From contig WJYM01000013.1 of assembly GCA_009668205.1 (NCBI GenBank), positions 28,469-52,468 on the forward strand: a DNA stretch of 24,000 nucleotides. The letters are read 5' to 3'. This stretch comes from Enterobacteriaceae bacterium RIT691. Lineage in GTDB: Bacteria > Pseudomonadota > Gammaproteobacteria > Enterobacterales > Enterobacteriaceae. Positions within the stretch are counted from its first letter, which is position 1, and every line of letters begins with the position of its first letter. Position numbers and translations under genes: made by a program. The notes under the pieces were generated by a model. It had not been told where the DNA came from. It saw only the letters and a list, made by a program, of their open reading frames with translations, and did not search any database. Shown one piece after another: positions 1 through 10,552 of this stretch.

Positions 1-615
1 GCGTCCAGCGTGGTAAACACGGCGTTTGAGCAGCGCGAAGTCTCATGGACGGAAGAGAAAAAGGCGATCGCAGAGGCGATTGCCGATTTTATTCCGGACG
101 GCTCAACCATTTTCATCACCATTGGCACCACCGTTGAGCATGTCGCGCGGGCGCTGCTAAACCATAATCATCTGCGAATCATCACTAACAGTCTGCGCGT
201 GGCCCATATTCTTTATAAGAATCCCCGCTTTGAGGTGATGGTGCCAGGCGGCACGCTGCGTGCGCACAATGGCGGAATTATCGGTCCGGCAGCCACTGCG
301 TTTGTTTCGGGCTTTCGGGCTGATTATCTGGTGACCAGCGTTGGCGCCATTGAAAGTGATGGCACTTTACTGGAATTCGATGTGAATGAAGCCAGCGTGG
401 CACAAGCGATGATGGCGCATTCTCGTCACCTGCTGCTGGCTGCCGATCACACCAAATATCACGCGTCGGCCGCAGTAGAGATTGGAAACGTCAGCCAAAT
501 GACTGCTTTGTTTACCGATGAAGTCCCGGGCACAGCTTTACATAACCTGCTTAAGGCCAATCAGGTCGAGGTGGTGAAAGTGAGCCTCGGCGATGACGGC
601 AGCGCTGATGCCTGA
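1..615 (+). CDS. yihW: DeoR-family transcriptional repressor YihW/CsqR, C-terminal sugar-binding portion (5' end lies upstream of the window)
   Basis: The reading frame is open from base 1, so the track's GTG at 10 is internal. The translation (AFEQREVS..EEKKAIAEA..GSTIFITIGTTVEHVARALLNHNHLRIITNSLRVAHILY) closely matches E. coli YihW as I recall it. It lies directly upstream of yihX-yihY-dtd, as in K-12. Confidence 0.85.
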   Translation, partial: ASSVVNTAFEQREVSWTEEKKAIAEAIADFIPDGSTIFITIGTTVEHVARALLNHNHLRIITNSLRVAHILYKNPRFEVMVPGGTLRAHNGGIIGPAATAFVSGFRADYLVTSVGAIESDGTLLEFDVNEASVAQAMMAHSRHLLLAADHTKYHASAAVEIGNVSQMTALFTDEVPGTALHNLLKANQVEVVKVSLGDDGSADA

Positions 616-626
616 TCCCTTTCATC

Positions 627-658
627 ATTCCTGCTGGGTGTAGCCGCTCAGCAGGAAT
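627..658 (+). terminator. Hairpin after yihW: perfect 10-bp inverted repeat ATTCCTGCTG / CAGCAGGAAT with a 12-nt loop and no U-tract
   Basis: The inverted repeat was read directly from the sequence and begins 12 nt after the yihW stop. The lack of a T-run makes intrinsic-terminator function uncertain. Confidence 0.3.
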
Positions 659-755
659 GCAATGCAGCAGCCTCGTTTTCTGCACAGTTATCCCGGTAGT
701 CAAATCAGTCCTTTCCCGCTACAGTTATTTTTCCATGACGCAAAAGGAGAGGATC

Positions 756-1355
756 ATGCTCTATATCTTTGATTTAGGTAATGTGATTGTCGACATCGAC
801 TTTAACCGGGTGTTTGGCGCATGGAGTGATTTCAGCCGTGTGCCGCTGGCGACGCTAAAGCAGAAATTCGTCATGGGTGAGGCGTTTCATCAGCATGAGC
901 GGGGTGAAATTACCGATGAAGCCTTCGCTCAAGCCTTGTGTCACGAAATGGATCTCTCGCTCAGCTATGAGCAGTTTTCTCACGGCTGGCAGGCCATTTT
1001 TGTCGGCCTGCGCCCGGAAGTGATTACCCTGATGCATAAGCTGCGTGAGCAGGGGCATCGCGTCGTGGTGTTATCAAATACCAACCGCTTACATACGACC
1101 TTCTGGCCGGACGAATATCCGGATGTTCGCGAAGCGGCGGACCATATTTACCTTTCCCAGGAGATGGGAATGCGTAAACCAGAGGCGCGTATTTATCAGC
1201 AGGTGCTGGAGGCGGAAGGTTTTTCTGCCGAGGATACGGTCTTTTTCGACGACAATAGCGATAATATAGAAGGGGCTAAACAGCTCGGGATCACCAGTAT
1301 TTTGGTGACCGGAAAAGAGACCATTCCAAAATATTTCGCGAAGCAGCTATGTTAA
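756..1355 (+). CDS. yihX: HAD-superfamily alpha-D-glucose-1-phosphate phosphatase YihX
   Basis: The ATG at 756 is preceded by AAGGAGAGG. The N-terminus [16 protein letters not shown] matches the start of E. coli YihX and contains HAD motif I. The track's upstream start at 657 adds 33 codons with no SD and no homology. Confidence 0.9.
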   Translation: MLYIFDLGNVIVDIDFNRVFGAWSDFSRVPLATLKQKFVMGEAFHQHERGEITDEAFAQALCHEMDLSLSYEQFSHGWQAIFVGLRPEVITLMHKLREQGHRVVVLSNTNRLHTTFWPDEYPDVREAADHIYLSQEMGMRKPEARIYQQVLEAEGFSAEDTVFFDDNSDNIEGAKQLGITSILVTGKETIPKYFAKQLC

Positions 1356-2221
1356 AAACCGTTCATCAAAAAGTCGCCCATTGTGCCGGACCGTTGATTG
1401 CCTGGCTGAAACTTCTCTGGCGGCGAATTGATGAAGACAACATGACGACACTGGCCGGCAATCTGGCGTATGTGTCGTTACTCTCCTTAGTCCCGTTGAT
1501 CGCGGTCATTTTCGCCCTGTTCGCCGCTTTTCCGATGTTTTCTGACGTCAGTGTGACGTTGCGTCATTTCGTGTTTGCTAACTTTCTGCCCGCCACCGGC
1601 GATGTGATTCAGCGTTACATCGAACAGTTCGTGGCTAACTCCAACAAAATGACCGCCGTCGGCGCCTGTGGGCTGATCGTCACCGCGCTGTTGCTGATGT
1701 ATGCCATTGATAGTGCACTCAATGCGATATGGCGGAGCAAGCGGGTGCGGCCGAAAGTGTACTCTTTTGCGGTCTACTGGATGATCCTCACGCTTGGGCC
1801 GTTACTGGCGGGCGCGAGCCTGGCGATAAGCTCGTATTTGCTGTCGCTGCGTTGGGCCAGTGAACTTAACGGCGTCATCGATAATGTGCTGCGAATCTTT
1901 CCGCTGCTGCTTTCCTGGATTTCGTTTTGGTTGCTTTACAGCATCGTGCCGACGACGCGAGTGCTTAATCGTGATGCCGTGGTCGGGGCACTGATTGCTG
2001 CATTGCTGTTCGAGCTTGGCAAGAAAGGCTTTGCGCTCTACATCACCACGTTTCCGTCTTATCAATTGATTTATGGCGTGCTCTCCGTTATCCCCATTTT
2101 GTTTGTCTGGGTTTACTGGACGTGGTGTATCGTCTTGCTTGGCGCCGAAATAACTGTCACTCTCGGGGAATACCGTAAACTCAAACTCGCCGCACGCCAG
2201 GAAGAAGACGAACAACCATGA
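1349..2221 (+). CDS. yihY: YihY/BrkB-family inner-membrane protein
   Basis: The 290-aa polytopic hydrophobic protein is near-collinear with E. coli YihY (..[23 protein letters not shown]..). It overlaps the yihX stop by 7 nt. Confidence 0.9.
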   Translation: MLKTVHQKVAHCAGPLIAWLKLLWRRIDEDNMTTLAGNLAYVSLLSLVPLIAVIFALFAAFPMFSDVSVTLRHFVFANFLPATGDVIQRYIEQFVANSNKMTAVGACGLIVTALLLMYAIDSALNAIWRSKRVRPKVYSFAVYWMILTLGPLLAGASLAISSYLLSLRWASELNGVIDNVLRIFPLLLSWISFWLLYSIVPTTRVLNRDAVVGALIAALLFELGKKGFALYITTFPSYQLIYGVLSVIPILFVWVYWTWCIVLLGAEITVTLGEYRKLKLAARQEEDEQP

Positions 2222-2655
2222 TTGCATTAATTCAGCGCGTAACCCGTGCCAGCGTCGCCGTGGAGGGTGAGGTAACGGGAGAAATTGGCCAGGGACTTTT
2301 GGTGTTATTGGGTGTCGAAAAAGAAGATGACGAGCAGAAAGCGAATCGCCTGTGCGAACGTGTGCTCGGCTACCGTATTTTTAGCGATGCCGATGGCAAA
2401 ATGAATCTTAACGTTCAGCAGGCTGGTGGCAGCGTGCTGGTCGTTTCGCAGTTTACGCTGGCTGCCGATACCGAGCGCGGCATGCGCCCCGGTTTCTCAC
2501 GCGGTGCGGCCCCTGAACGTGCCGAAGCCCTGTATGAATACTTTGTAGAGCGCTGCCGCCTGCAGGAGATGCATACCCAGACGGGGCGCTTTGCCGCCGA
2601 TATGCAGGTATCACTGGTCAATGACGGTCCCGTGACCTTCTGGTTACAGGTATGA
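2218..2655 (+). CDS. dtd: D-aminoacyl-tRNA deacylase
   Basis: The 145-aa protein has the MIALIQRV.. N-terminus and SQFTL and NDGPVT motifs typical of Dtd. It has an ATGA overlap with yihY. Confidence 0.95.
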   Translation: MIALIQRVTRASVAVEGEVTGEIGQGLLVLLGVEKEDDEQKANRLCERVLGYRIFSDADGKMNLNVQQAGGSVLVVSQFTLAADTERGMRPGFSRGAAPERAEALYEYFVERCRLQEMHTQTGRFAADMQVSLVNDGPVTFWLQV

Positions 2656-3644
2656 ACAGCCTTCATGCTGGCTGGGCACGGGCCATAAAAGAGAGCTCCT
2701 CTATGTATCATCTTCGGGTACCGCAAACGGAAGAAGAGTTAGAGCGTTATTACCAGTTCCGCTGGGAGATGCTGCGTAAGCCGCTGCATCAGCCGAAGGG
2801 GTCTGAGCGCGATGCCTGGGATGCCATGGCGCACCATCAGATGGTGATGGATGAAGCAGGCAACCTGGTGGCTGTCGGACGCTTATACATCAATGCCGAT
2901 AATGAAGCGTCTATTCGCTTTATGGCGGTGGATCCTGCAGTGCAGGACAAAGGGCTGGGCACGCTGATGGCGATGACCCTGGAGTCCGTGGCGCGTCAGG
3001 AAGGCGTAAAAAGGGTTACCTGTAGCGCCCGCGAAGATGCCGTCGAGTTTTTTGCCAAGCTGGGATTCATTAATCAAGGGGAAATCACCACCCCGCAAAC
3101 CACGCCGGTGCGCCACTTTTTGATGATTAAGCCTGTTGCGACGCTGGATGACATTCTTCATCGCGGTGACTGGTGTGGACAGCTACAGCAGGCCTGGTAC
3201 GAACACATTCCCCTTAGCGAGAAAATGGGTGTGCGTATCCAGCAGTACACCGGGCAGAAATTTATCACCACTATGCCTGAAATCGGCAACCAGAACCCAC
3301 ATAACACGCTGTTTGCTGGCAGCCTTTTCTCCCTTGCGACGTTAACCGGCTGGGGCTTGATTTGGCTGATGTTGCGCGAGCGTCACTTGGGCGGCACGAT
3401 CATCCTCGCCGATGCGCATATCCGCTACAGCAGCCCGATCAGCGGTAAGCCCAGTGCTATCGCCGATCTCGGTTCACTCAGTGGTGACCTCGACCGTCTG
3501 GCGCGCGGCCGTAAAGCCAGGGTTCAGCTGCAGGTTGAGCTGTTCGGTGATGAAACCTCGGGCGCCATTTTTGAAGGTATTTTCATCGTGTTACCCGCAA
3601 AACCTTTCGGTCCACTGGAAGAAGGTGGGAACGAGGAAGAGTGA
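2652..3644 (+). CDS. yiiD: GNAT acetyltransferase / hotdog-fold fusion protein YiiD (FabY)
   Basis: The 330-aa protein is collinear with E. coli YiiD as recalled ([40 protein letters not shown].. to the ..EEGGNEEE C-terminus). It has an ATGA overlap with dtd. Confidence 0.9.
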   Translation: MNSLHAGWARAIKESSSMYHLRVPQTEEELERYYQFRWEMLRKPLHQPKGSERDAWDAMAHHQMVMDEAGNLVAVGRLYINADNEASIRFMAVDPAVQDKGLGTLMAMTLESVARQEGVKRVTCSAREDAVEFFAKLGFINQGEITTPQTTPVRHFLMIKPVATLDDILHRGDWCGQLQQAWYEHIPLSEKMGVRIQQYTGQKFITTMPEIGNQNPHNTLFAGSLFSLATLTGWGLIWLMLRERHLGGTIILADAHIRYSSPISGKPSAIADLGSLSGDLDRLARGRKARVQLQVELFGDETSGAIFEGIFIVLPAKPFGPLEEGGNEEE

Positions 3645-3650
3645 TCCTGC

Positions 3651-4565
3651 CTACTTTGGGATGTTGATGCGCCGCGCAACATCCCTGATAACCTCGAGGG
3701 CAGCACGGCTGACTCCCGCCAATTGAAAGAAGCCATGGATCACGCCCAGATAATGTTGGTGCGTGCATGCAACCCCTTGATTCAGCATGTAACGGTGTAG
3801 CGCTTTGCCTTCATCGCACAATGGGTCGTATTCCGCCGTGATCACATGCACTGGCGGCAGGCCATTGAAATCTTCCCGCCACAACGGACTGGCTTCCGGA
3901 TGGGTGAGTGAAAGCTCCTCCAGATACATTTCATAACCGCTGAGTAGCGTGTCACGCGTGATGATGTAATCTTCGCCGTTACGCGCGTAGCTTTTAAAAC
4001 TCGCGGTTGCGTCAAGCATGGGATAGATCAGAATGAGCTGCGCGGGTAACCAGAGATTTTCAGCTTTCAGCCGCAGCGCAGTGACCAGTGCCAGATGCCC
4101 GCCAGCGCTGTCCCCTGCAAGCGTTATGCACTCAGGATCAATGTTAAACCGACTGGCGTTGCGCCAAATGATGTTGGCACCCGTTTCGGCATCGTCATGG
4201 GCGGCTGGCCAGATGTTTTCGGGCGCGAGTCGGTACTGCACGGCAATCACATGACACTGACTGAAATACGCCAGCTGCCGTAATTGCTTGTCGTGCGTTG
4301 CGAAACCGCCGCTGACGAAGCAACCGCCGTGGTAGTAAATGACGGCGGGTAAGGGGCCGGATACGCCAAGGGGTGAGACCACTCTGAAACGCATTCCTTC
4401 AAGCGTTATGTCATTCACCTGCACGCGGGTTTCTGTCTCGCCGGCCAGCGTCGCACTCGCGACATAGCCCTTACGCCGGTCATCAATGCGTTGATTTCGT
4501 ACAGAGGGCTTTCCTGCCTTAATGAACTCTTTTACCAGCTTTGCGATGCCGTGTTCCAGCGCCAT
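3651..4565 (-). CDS. Alpha/beta-hydrolase, hormone-sensitive-lipase (Aes-like) family esterase
   Basis: The protein has an HGGCF oxyanion-hole box, a GDSAGG nucleophile elbow and a C-terminal ..GVIHGF.. histidine box. The start was chosen at the internal ATG at 4565 (MALEHGIAKL..), because the track's upstream 38 codons look non-coding. It converges on yiiD with only 6 nt between the stop codons. Confidence 0.8.
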   Translation of the reverse strand: MALEHGIAKLVKEFIKAGKPSVRNQRIDDRRKGYVASATLAGETETRVQVNDITLEGMRFRVVSPLGVSGPLPAVIYYHGGCFVSGGFATHDKQLRQLAYFSQCHVIAVQYRLAPENIWPAAHDDAETGANIIWRNASRFNIDPECITLAGDSAGGHLALVTALRLKAENLWLPAQLILIYPMLDATASFKSYARNGEDYIITRDTLLSGYEMYLEELSLTHPEASPLWREDFNGLPPVHVITAEYDPLCDEGKALHRYMLNQGVACTHQHYLGVIHGFFQLAGVSRAALEVIRDVARRINIPK

Positions 4566-4800
4566 TTTCTTTCCCTGTTGACTGTATGAATGTACAGCGT
4601 TATACCCTGGATTTTTACAGAGAGAAACCCGAAAAACAGAGAAGCGTTCGATTCTGGAAAGCAGTACGCAAAACGGCAATAAACTAAAAAATCTACTTTA
4701 ACGCGGTTTTTTATTGGCTGTATGTTGTGGGGAAAATGAACAAGGAGAGAAGAGAATGGAGATGGACCACTGCAGGGGGAGCAGACGGTTTTATCTAATA

Positions 4801-4824
4801 AACCGGGCACGGCTGCACCCGGTT
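4801..4824 (-). terminator. GC-rich hairpin (AACCGGG...CCCGGTT) just downstream of the fdhE stop, followed on the minus strand by TTATTAGATAAAA
   Basis: The inverted repeat was read from the sequence, with a 7-bp outer stem plus inner pairs. It starts about 10 nt after the fdhE stop and has a moderately T-rich tail. Confidence 0.4.
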
Positions 4825-4833
4825 ATCAGAACA

Positions 4834-5763
4834 CTACTCCCCTTCACCAGGGAACAGGAACGGGTTGATGGAACTGCGGGCAAAGCCCTCTTGTTCCATG
4901 CGTGCGTCCAGCACCAGTGAGGCGAGGTCATCCGCTACGGGCTCAACGTTCGGGTCTTTTTCCTGATAGAGAATTTTCAGGTAAGTGCCGCAGTCACCGC
5001 AGCTTTCGGCCTTGATGGAGGCCTGCTCGTTGTCCAGAGACCAGTAGTGTAAATCGCGGCTTTGCTCGCAGTTGCTGCACTTCACGCGCACCACGTGCCA
5101 TTCGGATTCACACAGATTGCAGTGCAGATAACGCAGCCCCTGAGTGGTGCCAATCTGAACCACGCTGGAGACCGGCATTGAGCCGCACACCGGGCAGAAC
5201 TGACGATGCTCGCCATATTCAGCGCGGGCTTTGCCTGGAATAAGGTTGGCCATCTGCGCCCAGTAGAGCGACAGCGCCGCCCAAATGAAGGGCGCTTTAT
5301 CGCTGCTGACGGCAGCAAAGTTAGACGCAAACAGCGCATTCGCCATCTCTTCTAACTCCAGATCGGAAGCCTTTTCCAGGTTTTCAATCACGGCCAGAGC
5401 GGGGCCACTCATTTCTGGTTTCAGCTCGGCAATCAGCGATTGCAGCAGTTTCTGCCAGTGTTTGTCTCGCGGTAGCGTGTGAATATCCAGCGGCGGCTTG
5501 CCTTGTGCTGCGGCTTCTTTGATACGCGCGGTCAAATCCATTTGCAGTGGATGGTCGTAAAGCACCACTTCCTGCGCGTGGGCGATCAGCGCGGCAAAGC
5601 GCAGGAAATCACCCAATGGGTTTTCTTCCGCCAGCTGGCGCAGGCGCTCAGCACGGCGGTGATAGAGGTGTTTCAGTCGCGGGAATAATAACGGCGGAAT
5701 GGTTTCCGCCGTGCGTTTCTCGCTACTCCCCAGTTCATCTTGCGGGATTATGCGAATACTCAT
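4834..5763 (-). CDS. fdhE: Formate dehydrogenase accessory/maturation protein FdhE
   Basis: The 309-aa protein has four CxxC pairs (CPVCGS, CNLCES, CSNCEQ, CGDCGT), as in FdhE. It has a 4-nt overlap with fdoI. Confidence 0.95.
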   Translation of the reverse strand: MSIRIIPQDELGSSEKRTAETIPPLLFPRLKHLYHRRAERLRQLAEENPLGDFLRFAALIAHAQEVVLYDHPLQMDLTARIKEAAAQGKPPLDIHTLPRDKHWQKLLQSLIAELKPEMSGPALAVIENLEKASDLELEEMANALFASNFAAVSSDKAPFIWAALSLYWAQMANLIPGKARAEYGEHRQFCPVCGSMPVSSVVQIGTTQGLRYLHCNLCESEWHVVRVKCSNCEQSRDLHYWSLDNEQASIKAESCGDCGTYLKILYQEKDPNVEPVADDLASLVLDARMEQEGFARSSINPFLFPGEGE

Positions 5764-6395
5764 TCGGTCGATTTTTCCTGTTTCTGGCGAACCTCACGGT
5801 ACCAGCGCGGGTGATGTTTCTTTGCCCAGCTGCTGGTGACCCAGCCTTCCACCATCGCGGTAATGGTGCCTTTCACCCATAGGGCGGCGTAGATATGCAC
5901 CATAATAACCACAATTAACGCGACTGCGGCAAATGAATGCAGCATCAGCGCAATGCGGATAATCGGAATGGAGAACGCTGGCGCAAAGTACGGTCGCCAG
6001 ATAATCACTCCGCTCACCAGCAGCAGGACCAGCAAGATAATCGCGGCCCAGAACACGCATTTCTGACCGAAATTATAGCGCCCGGTGTCACCCACTTCCT
6101 CGTTGACGACGATCTTACGGATATTCTTCGCCCAGAAGATGTCATCCCGATTAATCAGGTTGTGATGCCAGTAGCGGAAAAACATGATGATGAACGACGC
6201 GAACATCACCACCCCGACAAAGGGGTGCAGAATACGCGCCAGCTGCGGTGTACCCAGAATATGCATCAGCCAGTTAAAGGATGGGAAGAAAAAGCCCAGC
6301 CCGCTTATTGCCGCCAGCATGAAGCAGAAGGCGGTGACCCAGTGGTTGATGCGTTCCGGTGCGGTGTAGCGCACGATGGTGTCACGACGTTTCAT
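5760..6395 (-). CDS. fdoI: Formate dehydrogenase-O cytochrome b556 (gamma) subunit
   Basis: The 211-aa protein has four hydrophobic helices with conserved His residues and sits downstream of fdoH. It has a 4-nt overlap with fdoH. Confidence 0.93.
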   Translation of the reverse strand: MKRRDTIVRYTAPERINHWVTAFCFMLAAISGLGFFFPSFNWLMHILGTPQLARILHPFVGVVMFASFIIMFFRYWHHNLINRDDIFWAKNIRKIVVNEEVGDTGRYNFGQKCVFWAAIILLVLLLVSGVIIWRPYFAPAFSIPIIRIALMLHSFAAVALIVVIMVHIYAALWVKGTITAMVEGWVTSSWAKKHHPRWYREVRQKQEKSTE

Positions 6396-7294
6396 TTGCG
6401 CACCTCGTCTTTCTCTTCATGCAGATTATCTTCTTCCTCATCGGCGCGGTTTGGCCCGACCCCGATATAGTGGAAGATACTGGCTGCAAAGGTAGCCGCG
6501 AAGCCCACGGCGGCAAGCGGTTTCCAGACACCTTTCCAGAATTTAACCGTCTGGCTGATTTGCGGGTTCTCCGGCAGGCCGTGATACAGATTCGGCTTGT
6601 CGGCATGGTGTAGAACATACATCACGTGAGTACCGCCAACACCGGCTGGGTCATACAGCCCCGCGTTGTCATAACCGCGCGTTTTCAGCTCGGCAACGCG
6701 TTCGCCTGCCAGGGTTTTCATGTCCTCTTTCGAACCGAAATGGATAGCGCCGGTCGGGCAGGTTTTCACGCACGCCGGTTCCTGGCCCACGGTGACACGG
6801 TCTACGCACAGCGTACATTTGTAGACGCGGTTGTCTTCCGGGTTCAGGCGCGGCACGTCGAACGGACAGCCCGCGATGCAGTAACCGCAGCCAATGCACT
6901 GCTCAGACTGGAAGTCGACGATGCCGTTGGCATACTGAATGATCGCCCCTTCCGACGGGCACGCTTTCAGGCAACCCGGGTCGGCGCAGTGCATACAGCC
7001 ATCCTTGCGGATGAGCCATTCCAGCTTGTCGTTCTGCTCCACTTCTGAAAAACGCATCACCGTCCAGGATTTGGCGGTCAAGTCGGCGGGATTGTCGTAA
7101 ACGCCAACGTTACTGCCGATTTCATCGCGGATGTCGTTCCACTCCGAACAGGCCACCTGACAAGCCTTACAGCCGATACAGGTGGTGACGTCGATGAGTT
7201 TCGCCACTTCCTGCTGGTGGTCTCGCGCCTCCGGCGGAGGCGTCAGGCCGTTAGTAGCGGAACGACGGATGATATCTTGCGATTGATAAGCCAT
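6392..7294 (-). CDS. fdoH: Formate dehydrogenase-O iron-sulfur (beta) subunit
   Basis: The 300-aa protein has four ferredoxin-type Cys clusters ([45 protein letters not shown]) and a C-terminal TM anchor. Confidence 0.95.
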   Translation of the reverse strand: MAYQSQDIIRRSATNGLTPPPEARDHQQEVAKLIDVTTCIGCKACQVACSEWNDIRDEIGSNVGVYDNPADLTAKSWTVMRFSEVEQNDKLEWLIRKDGCMHCADPGCLKACPSEGAIIQYANGIVDFQSEQCIGCGYCIAGCPFDVPRLNPEDNRVYKCTLCVDRVTVGQEPACVKTCPTGAIHFGSKEDMKTLAGERVAELKTRGYDNAGLYDPAGVGGTHVMYVLHHADKPNLYHGLPENPQISQTVKFWKGVWKPLAAVGFAATFAASIFHYIGVGPNRADEEEDNLHEEKDEVRK

Positions 7295-7306
7295 AAGTCG
7301 TCTCCG

Positions 7307-10300
7307 TTACACCTTTTCCACGTTCACGAGGAAGGATTTAAACTCCGGCGTTTGAGTGTTGGCATCACCGACAAACGGCGTCAACGTATTGGCGATAAAG
7401 CCTTTCTTCGCCACGCCCTCATAGCCCCAGTGAATCGGGATCCCAATGGTATCAATGTCCTTGCCGTCGACTTTCAGCGTGCGGATACGTTTGGTCACCA
7501 CCGCCTTGGCCTTGATGTAGCCGCGGTTGGAGGAGACTTTCACCGTATCGCCATGGCCGATGCCCAGCTTGTTAGCGAGCTTCTCGCCAATTTCCACAAA
7601 CTGCTCCGGCTGCGCGATGGCATTGAGCAGCGCGTGTTTGGTCCAGTAGTGGAAGTGCTCGGTCAGACGGTAAGTGGTGCCGACATACGGGAACTTATCG
7701 GCTTTACCCATTGCGTCCATATCGTCTTTGAACACGCGTGCGGCCGGGTTCGAGATAACGTTGGGATGCAGTGGGTTGGTGCCGAGCGGCGTTTCAAACG
7801 GCTCGTAGTGCTCCGGGAACGGCCCTTCTGCCATCTTATCGATAGCAAACAGGCGACCCATCCCTTCCGGCTGCATGATGAACGGCCCAACATCGGTGCC
7901 CGGTGCGGCGGCACTGTAATCAGGAATGTCCACGCCGCCCCATTTCGCGCCGTCCCATTTCAGCAACTGGCGTTTCGGATCCCACGGTTTACCCTGCGGG
8001 TCAGCGGATGCACGGTTATACAGAATGCGGCGGTTGAGCGGCCACGCCCACGCCCAGCCGAGCGTGTTGCCGAGGCCCGATGGGTCCGCGTTATCGCGAC
8101 GCGCCATCTGGTTGCCGTCCGGCGTCCAGCTTCCGGCGAAAATCCAGCAGCCGCTGGCGGTGGTGCCGTCGTCGCGCAGCTGGGCAAACGAGCTGAGCTG
8201 TTGGCCTTTTTTGACGATAACGGCGCCCGTTGCCGGGTCGGTAATATCGGCCAGCGCTTTACCGTTACTCTCCATCGCCACTTCTTCTGAAGCAGGCTCA
8301 TCTGGCGTGGAGTAGTTCCACGTCATGTTGAGCACCGGCTCAGGCACTGGACCGCCGTCTTTGGTATACATCTCACGCATGCGCATGAAAATGCCCGCCA
8401 GAATTTCGCCGTCGGTTTTGGCGATGCCTGGGGCGTCAGCACCTTTCCAGTGCCACTGCAGCCAGCGGCCGGAGTTGACGATAGAACCGTTCTCTTCGGC
8501 GAAGCAGGTGGACGGCAGACGGAATACCTCGGTCTGGATCTTCGACGGATCAACGTCGTTCGATTCGCCGTGGTTCTGCCAGAAGGTCGAGGTTTCGGTG
8601 TTCAGCGGGTCAATGGTGACCAGGAACTTCAGCTTCGACAGGGAGGCCACAATCTTGTTTTTGTTCGGGAACGACGCCACCGGGTTAAAGCCCTGGCAGA
8701 GATAGCCGTTCACCTTGCCCTGCGACATCATCTCGAAGTACTGCAATACGTCGTAGCCTTTGTCCCACTTCGGCAACCAGTCAAAGCCCCAGCTGTTTTC
8801 TGCCGTTGCTTTATCGCCGTAGAAGGATTTCATCATCGACACAAAGAACTTCGGATAGTTGCCCCAGTAGTTCACCTGGCCTTCCAGCAACGGTTTTGGC
8901 GTGTTGGCGGTCAGGTAGGTTTGCAAGTCCGTTTGTTTCTCGCTTGGCAGCGTCATGTAGCCCGGCAGGCTTTGTGACAGCAGGCCGATATCGGTCAGAC
9001 CCTGAATGTTGGAGTGGCCGCGCAGGGCGTTCACGCCGCCGCCTGCCATGCCCATATTGCCGAGCAGCAGCTGGATCATCGCCATGGTGCGGATGTTCTG
9101 CGCGCCGACGGAGTGCTGCGTCCAGCCCAGCGCGTACAGGAACGACGCGGTTTTGTCGTGGGCGCTGGTTTCAGCGATGTACTCGCAGACTTTCAGGAAG
9201 TCGGCCTTCGGCGTACCACAGATTTTCTCAACCATTTCCGGCGTGTAGCGGGAAACGTGCTGCTTCATCAAATTCCATACGCAGCGTGGATGTGTGAGAG
9301 TGGTATCGCGTTTGGCATGACCGTTTTCATCCAGCTCGTAGTTCCAGCTGGTTTTATCGTATTTACGGTGCTCGGCGTCATAACCTGAGAACAGGCCATC
9401 TTCGAACGCGTAATCTTCACGTACGATCAGGCTGGCGTTGGTGTACGCCTCGGTGTACTCGCGGTTAATTTTTTCGTTGTTCAGCAGATACAGGATAACG
9501 CCAGACAGGAAGGTGATGTCCGTACCGGAACGAATTGGCGTGTAGAAATCCGCCACCGATGCCGTACGCGTAAAGCGCGGATCGATAACGATAAGTTTGG
9601 CGCCGTTATGGATTTTGGCTTCCATCGCCCAGCGGAATCCGACCGGATGCGCTTCAGCAGCGTTACCGCCCATCACCACAACGAGGTTGGCGTTCTTAAT
9701 ATCCACCCAGTGGTTGGTCATCGCACCGCGACCAAATGTTGGAGCAAGACTTGCTACCGTTGGTCCGTGTCAGACGCGTGCCTGGTTGTCTACCGCGAGC
9801 ATGCCGAGCGCACGGGAGAATTTCTGGGTTAAATAGCCGGTTTCGTTACTGGAGGCAGACGCACACAACATCCCGGTGGAGAGCCAGCGGTTAACGGTGG
9901 TGCCTTCGGCGTTTTGTGCAATGAAGTTGGCGTCACGGTCGGCTTTCATCAGTTTGGCGATGCGATCGAACGCGTCGTCCCAGCTGATTTGCTGCCATTT
10001 ATCGGAGCCAGGTGCACGGTATTCAGGATATTTCAGGCGGCTTTCGGAGTGAATGAAATCCACCAGACCGGCCCCTTTCGGGCAAAGCGCACCGCGGTTG
10101 ACCGGATGGTCCGGGTCACCTTCGATGTGGAAGATAGATGCTTTGGCGTTTTTAGCTCCATCGCCGAGGCTGTACATCAACAGCCCACAACCGACAGAAC
10201 AATATGTGCAGGTGTTACGGGTTTCACGGGTGCGCAGCAGCTTGTACTGCCGCGTTTCCGCCAGCGCTACGCCCGGGGCAAACCCGAGTGCCGCTGCCGT

Positions 10301-10357
10301 TGTGCCTGCCATACCGCCAGCGCAGATCTTAAAGAACTGCCTTCTGCTGACCTGCAT
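7307..10357 (-). CDS. fdoG: Formate dehydrogenase-O catalytic (alpha) subunit, a selenoprotein with an in-frame UGA (Sec) at 9770-9772
   Basis: Two track ORFs (9770-10357 and 7307-9721) are in the same frame, separated only by a TGA. The residues around it read ..AVDNQARV-U-HGPTVASLAPTFGRGAMTNHW.., as in E. coli FdoG with Sec196. There is a twin-arginine signal (MQVSRRQFFKICAGG) and an AAGGAG SD 7 nt upstream of the ATG. The total is 1016 codons plus the stop. Confidence 0.93.
9728..9769 (-). promoter_or_regulatory. SECIS-like stem-loop immediately 3' of the fdoG UGA
   Basis: The mRNA reads UGA CAC GGA CCA ACG GUA GCA AGU CUU GCU CCA ACA UUU GGU CGC. The lower stem pairs GACCAA with UUGGUC. 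The upper stem is GG(U)AGCA(A)/(U)UGCUCC with a bulged U and a GUC-containing apical loop. This resembles the bacterial SelB-binding SECIS. Confidence 0.7.
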
Positions 10358-10552
10358 GGGTCACTCCTTGTTTCGACATTGCTTCCCCGTCGCCATTCAA
10401 TACCTAAACCGCTAAGGGGATGGATTGTTATTAACCTTTGCGGTCGATGCCGCAAAGGTTCAGAATTAGGGGTAATCCCCCTCTTTCCTGGAGGGGTATG
10501 CCTTCAGAATACCACATGTTATGTACGTTTGTTCCAATACGGTTAATGCGAA

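Noticed and set aside
657-755. N-terminal extensions given by the ORF track. They affect yihX (657), the esterase (4679), frvR (13559), frvA (16567, TTG) and the porin (18590, TTG).
   Set aside because: In each case an internal ATG with a proper SD gives a product matching the expected homologue length or N-terminus. The extensions have no SD and odd composition, or they overlap upstream genes.
4756-4920. A small + strand ORF with a good AGGAGA SD (MEMDHCRGSRRFY..) in the esterase-fdhE gap
   Set aside because: It runs through the fdhE terminator hairpin and antisense into the fdhE 3' end. There is no recognisable family. The SD-like sequence is more likely chance or part of the esterase upstream region.
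7217-8290. A 357-aa + strand ORF, and several others of 120-175 aa, inside fdoG/fdoH
   Set aside because: They are antisense to highly conserved FDH-O genes. The Arg/Ala/Gly-rich translations are typical of the opposite strand of GC-rich third-position coding sequence.
9722-9772. An apparent split of the FDH large subunit into two ORFs (possible pseudogene or frameshift)
   Set aside because: Both parts are in the same frame, separated only by TGA at the position of Sec196 in E. coli FdoG. A SECIS-like hairpin follows. It is treated as one selenoprotein gene.
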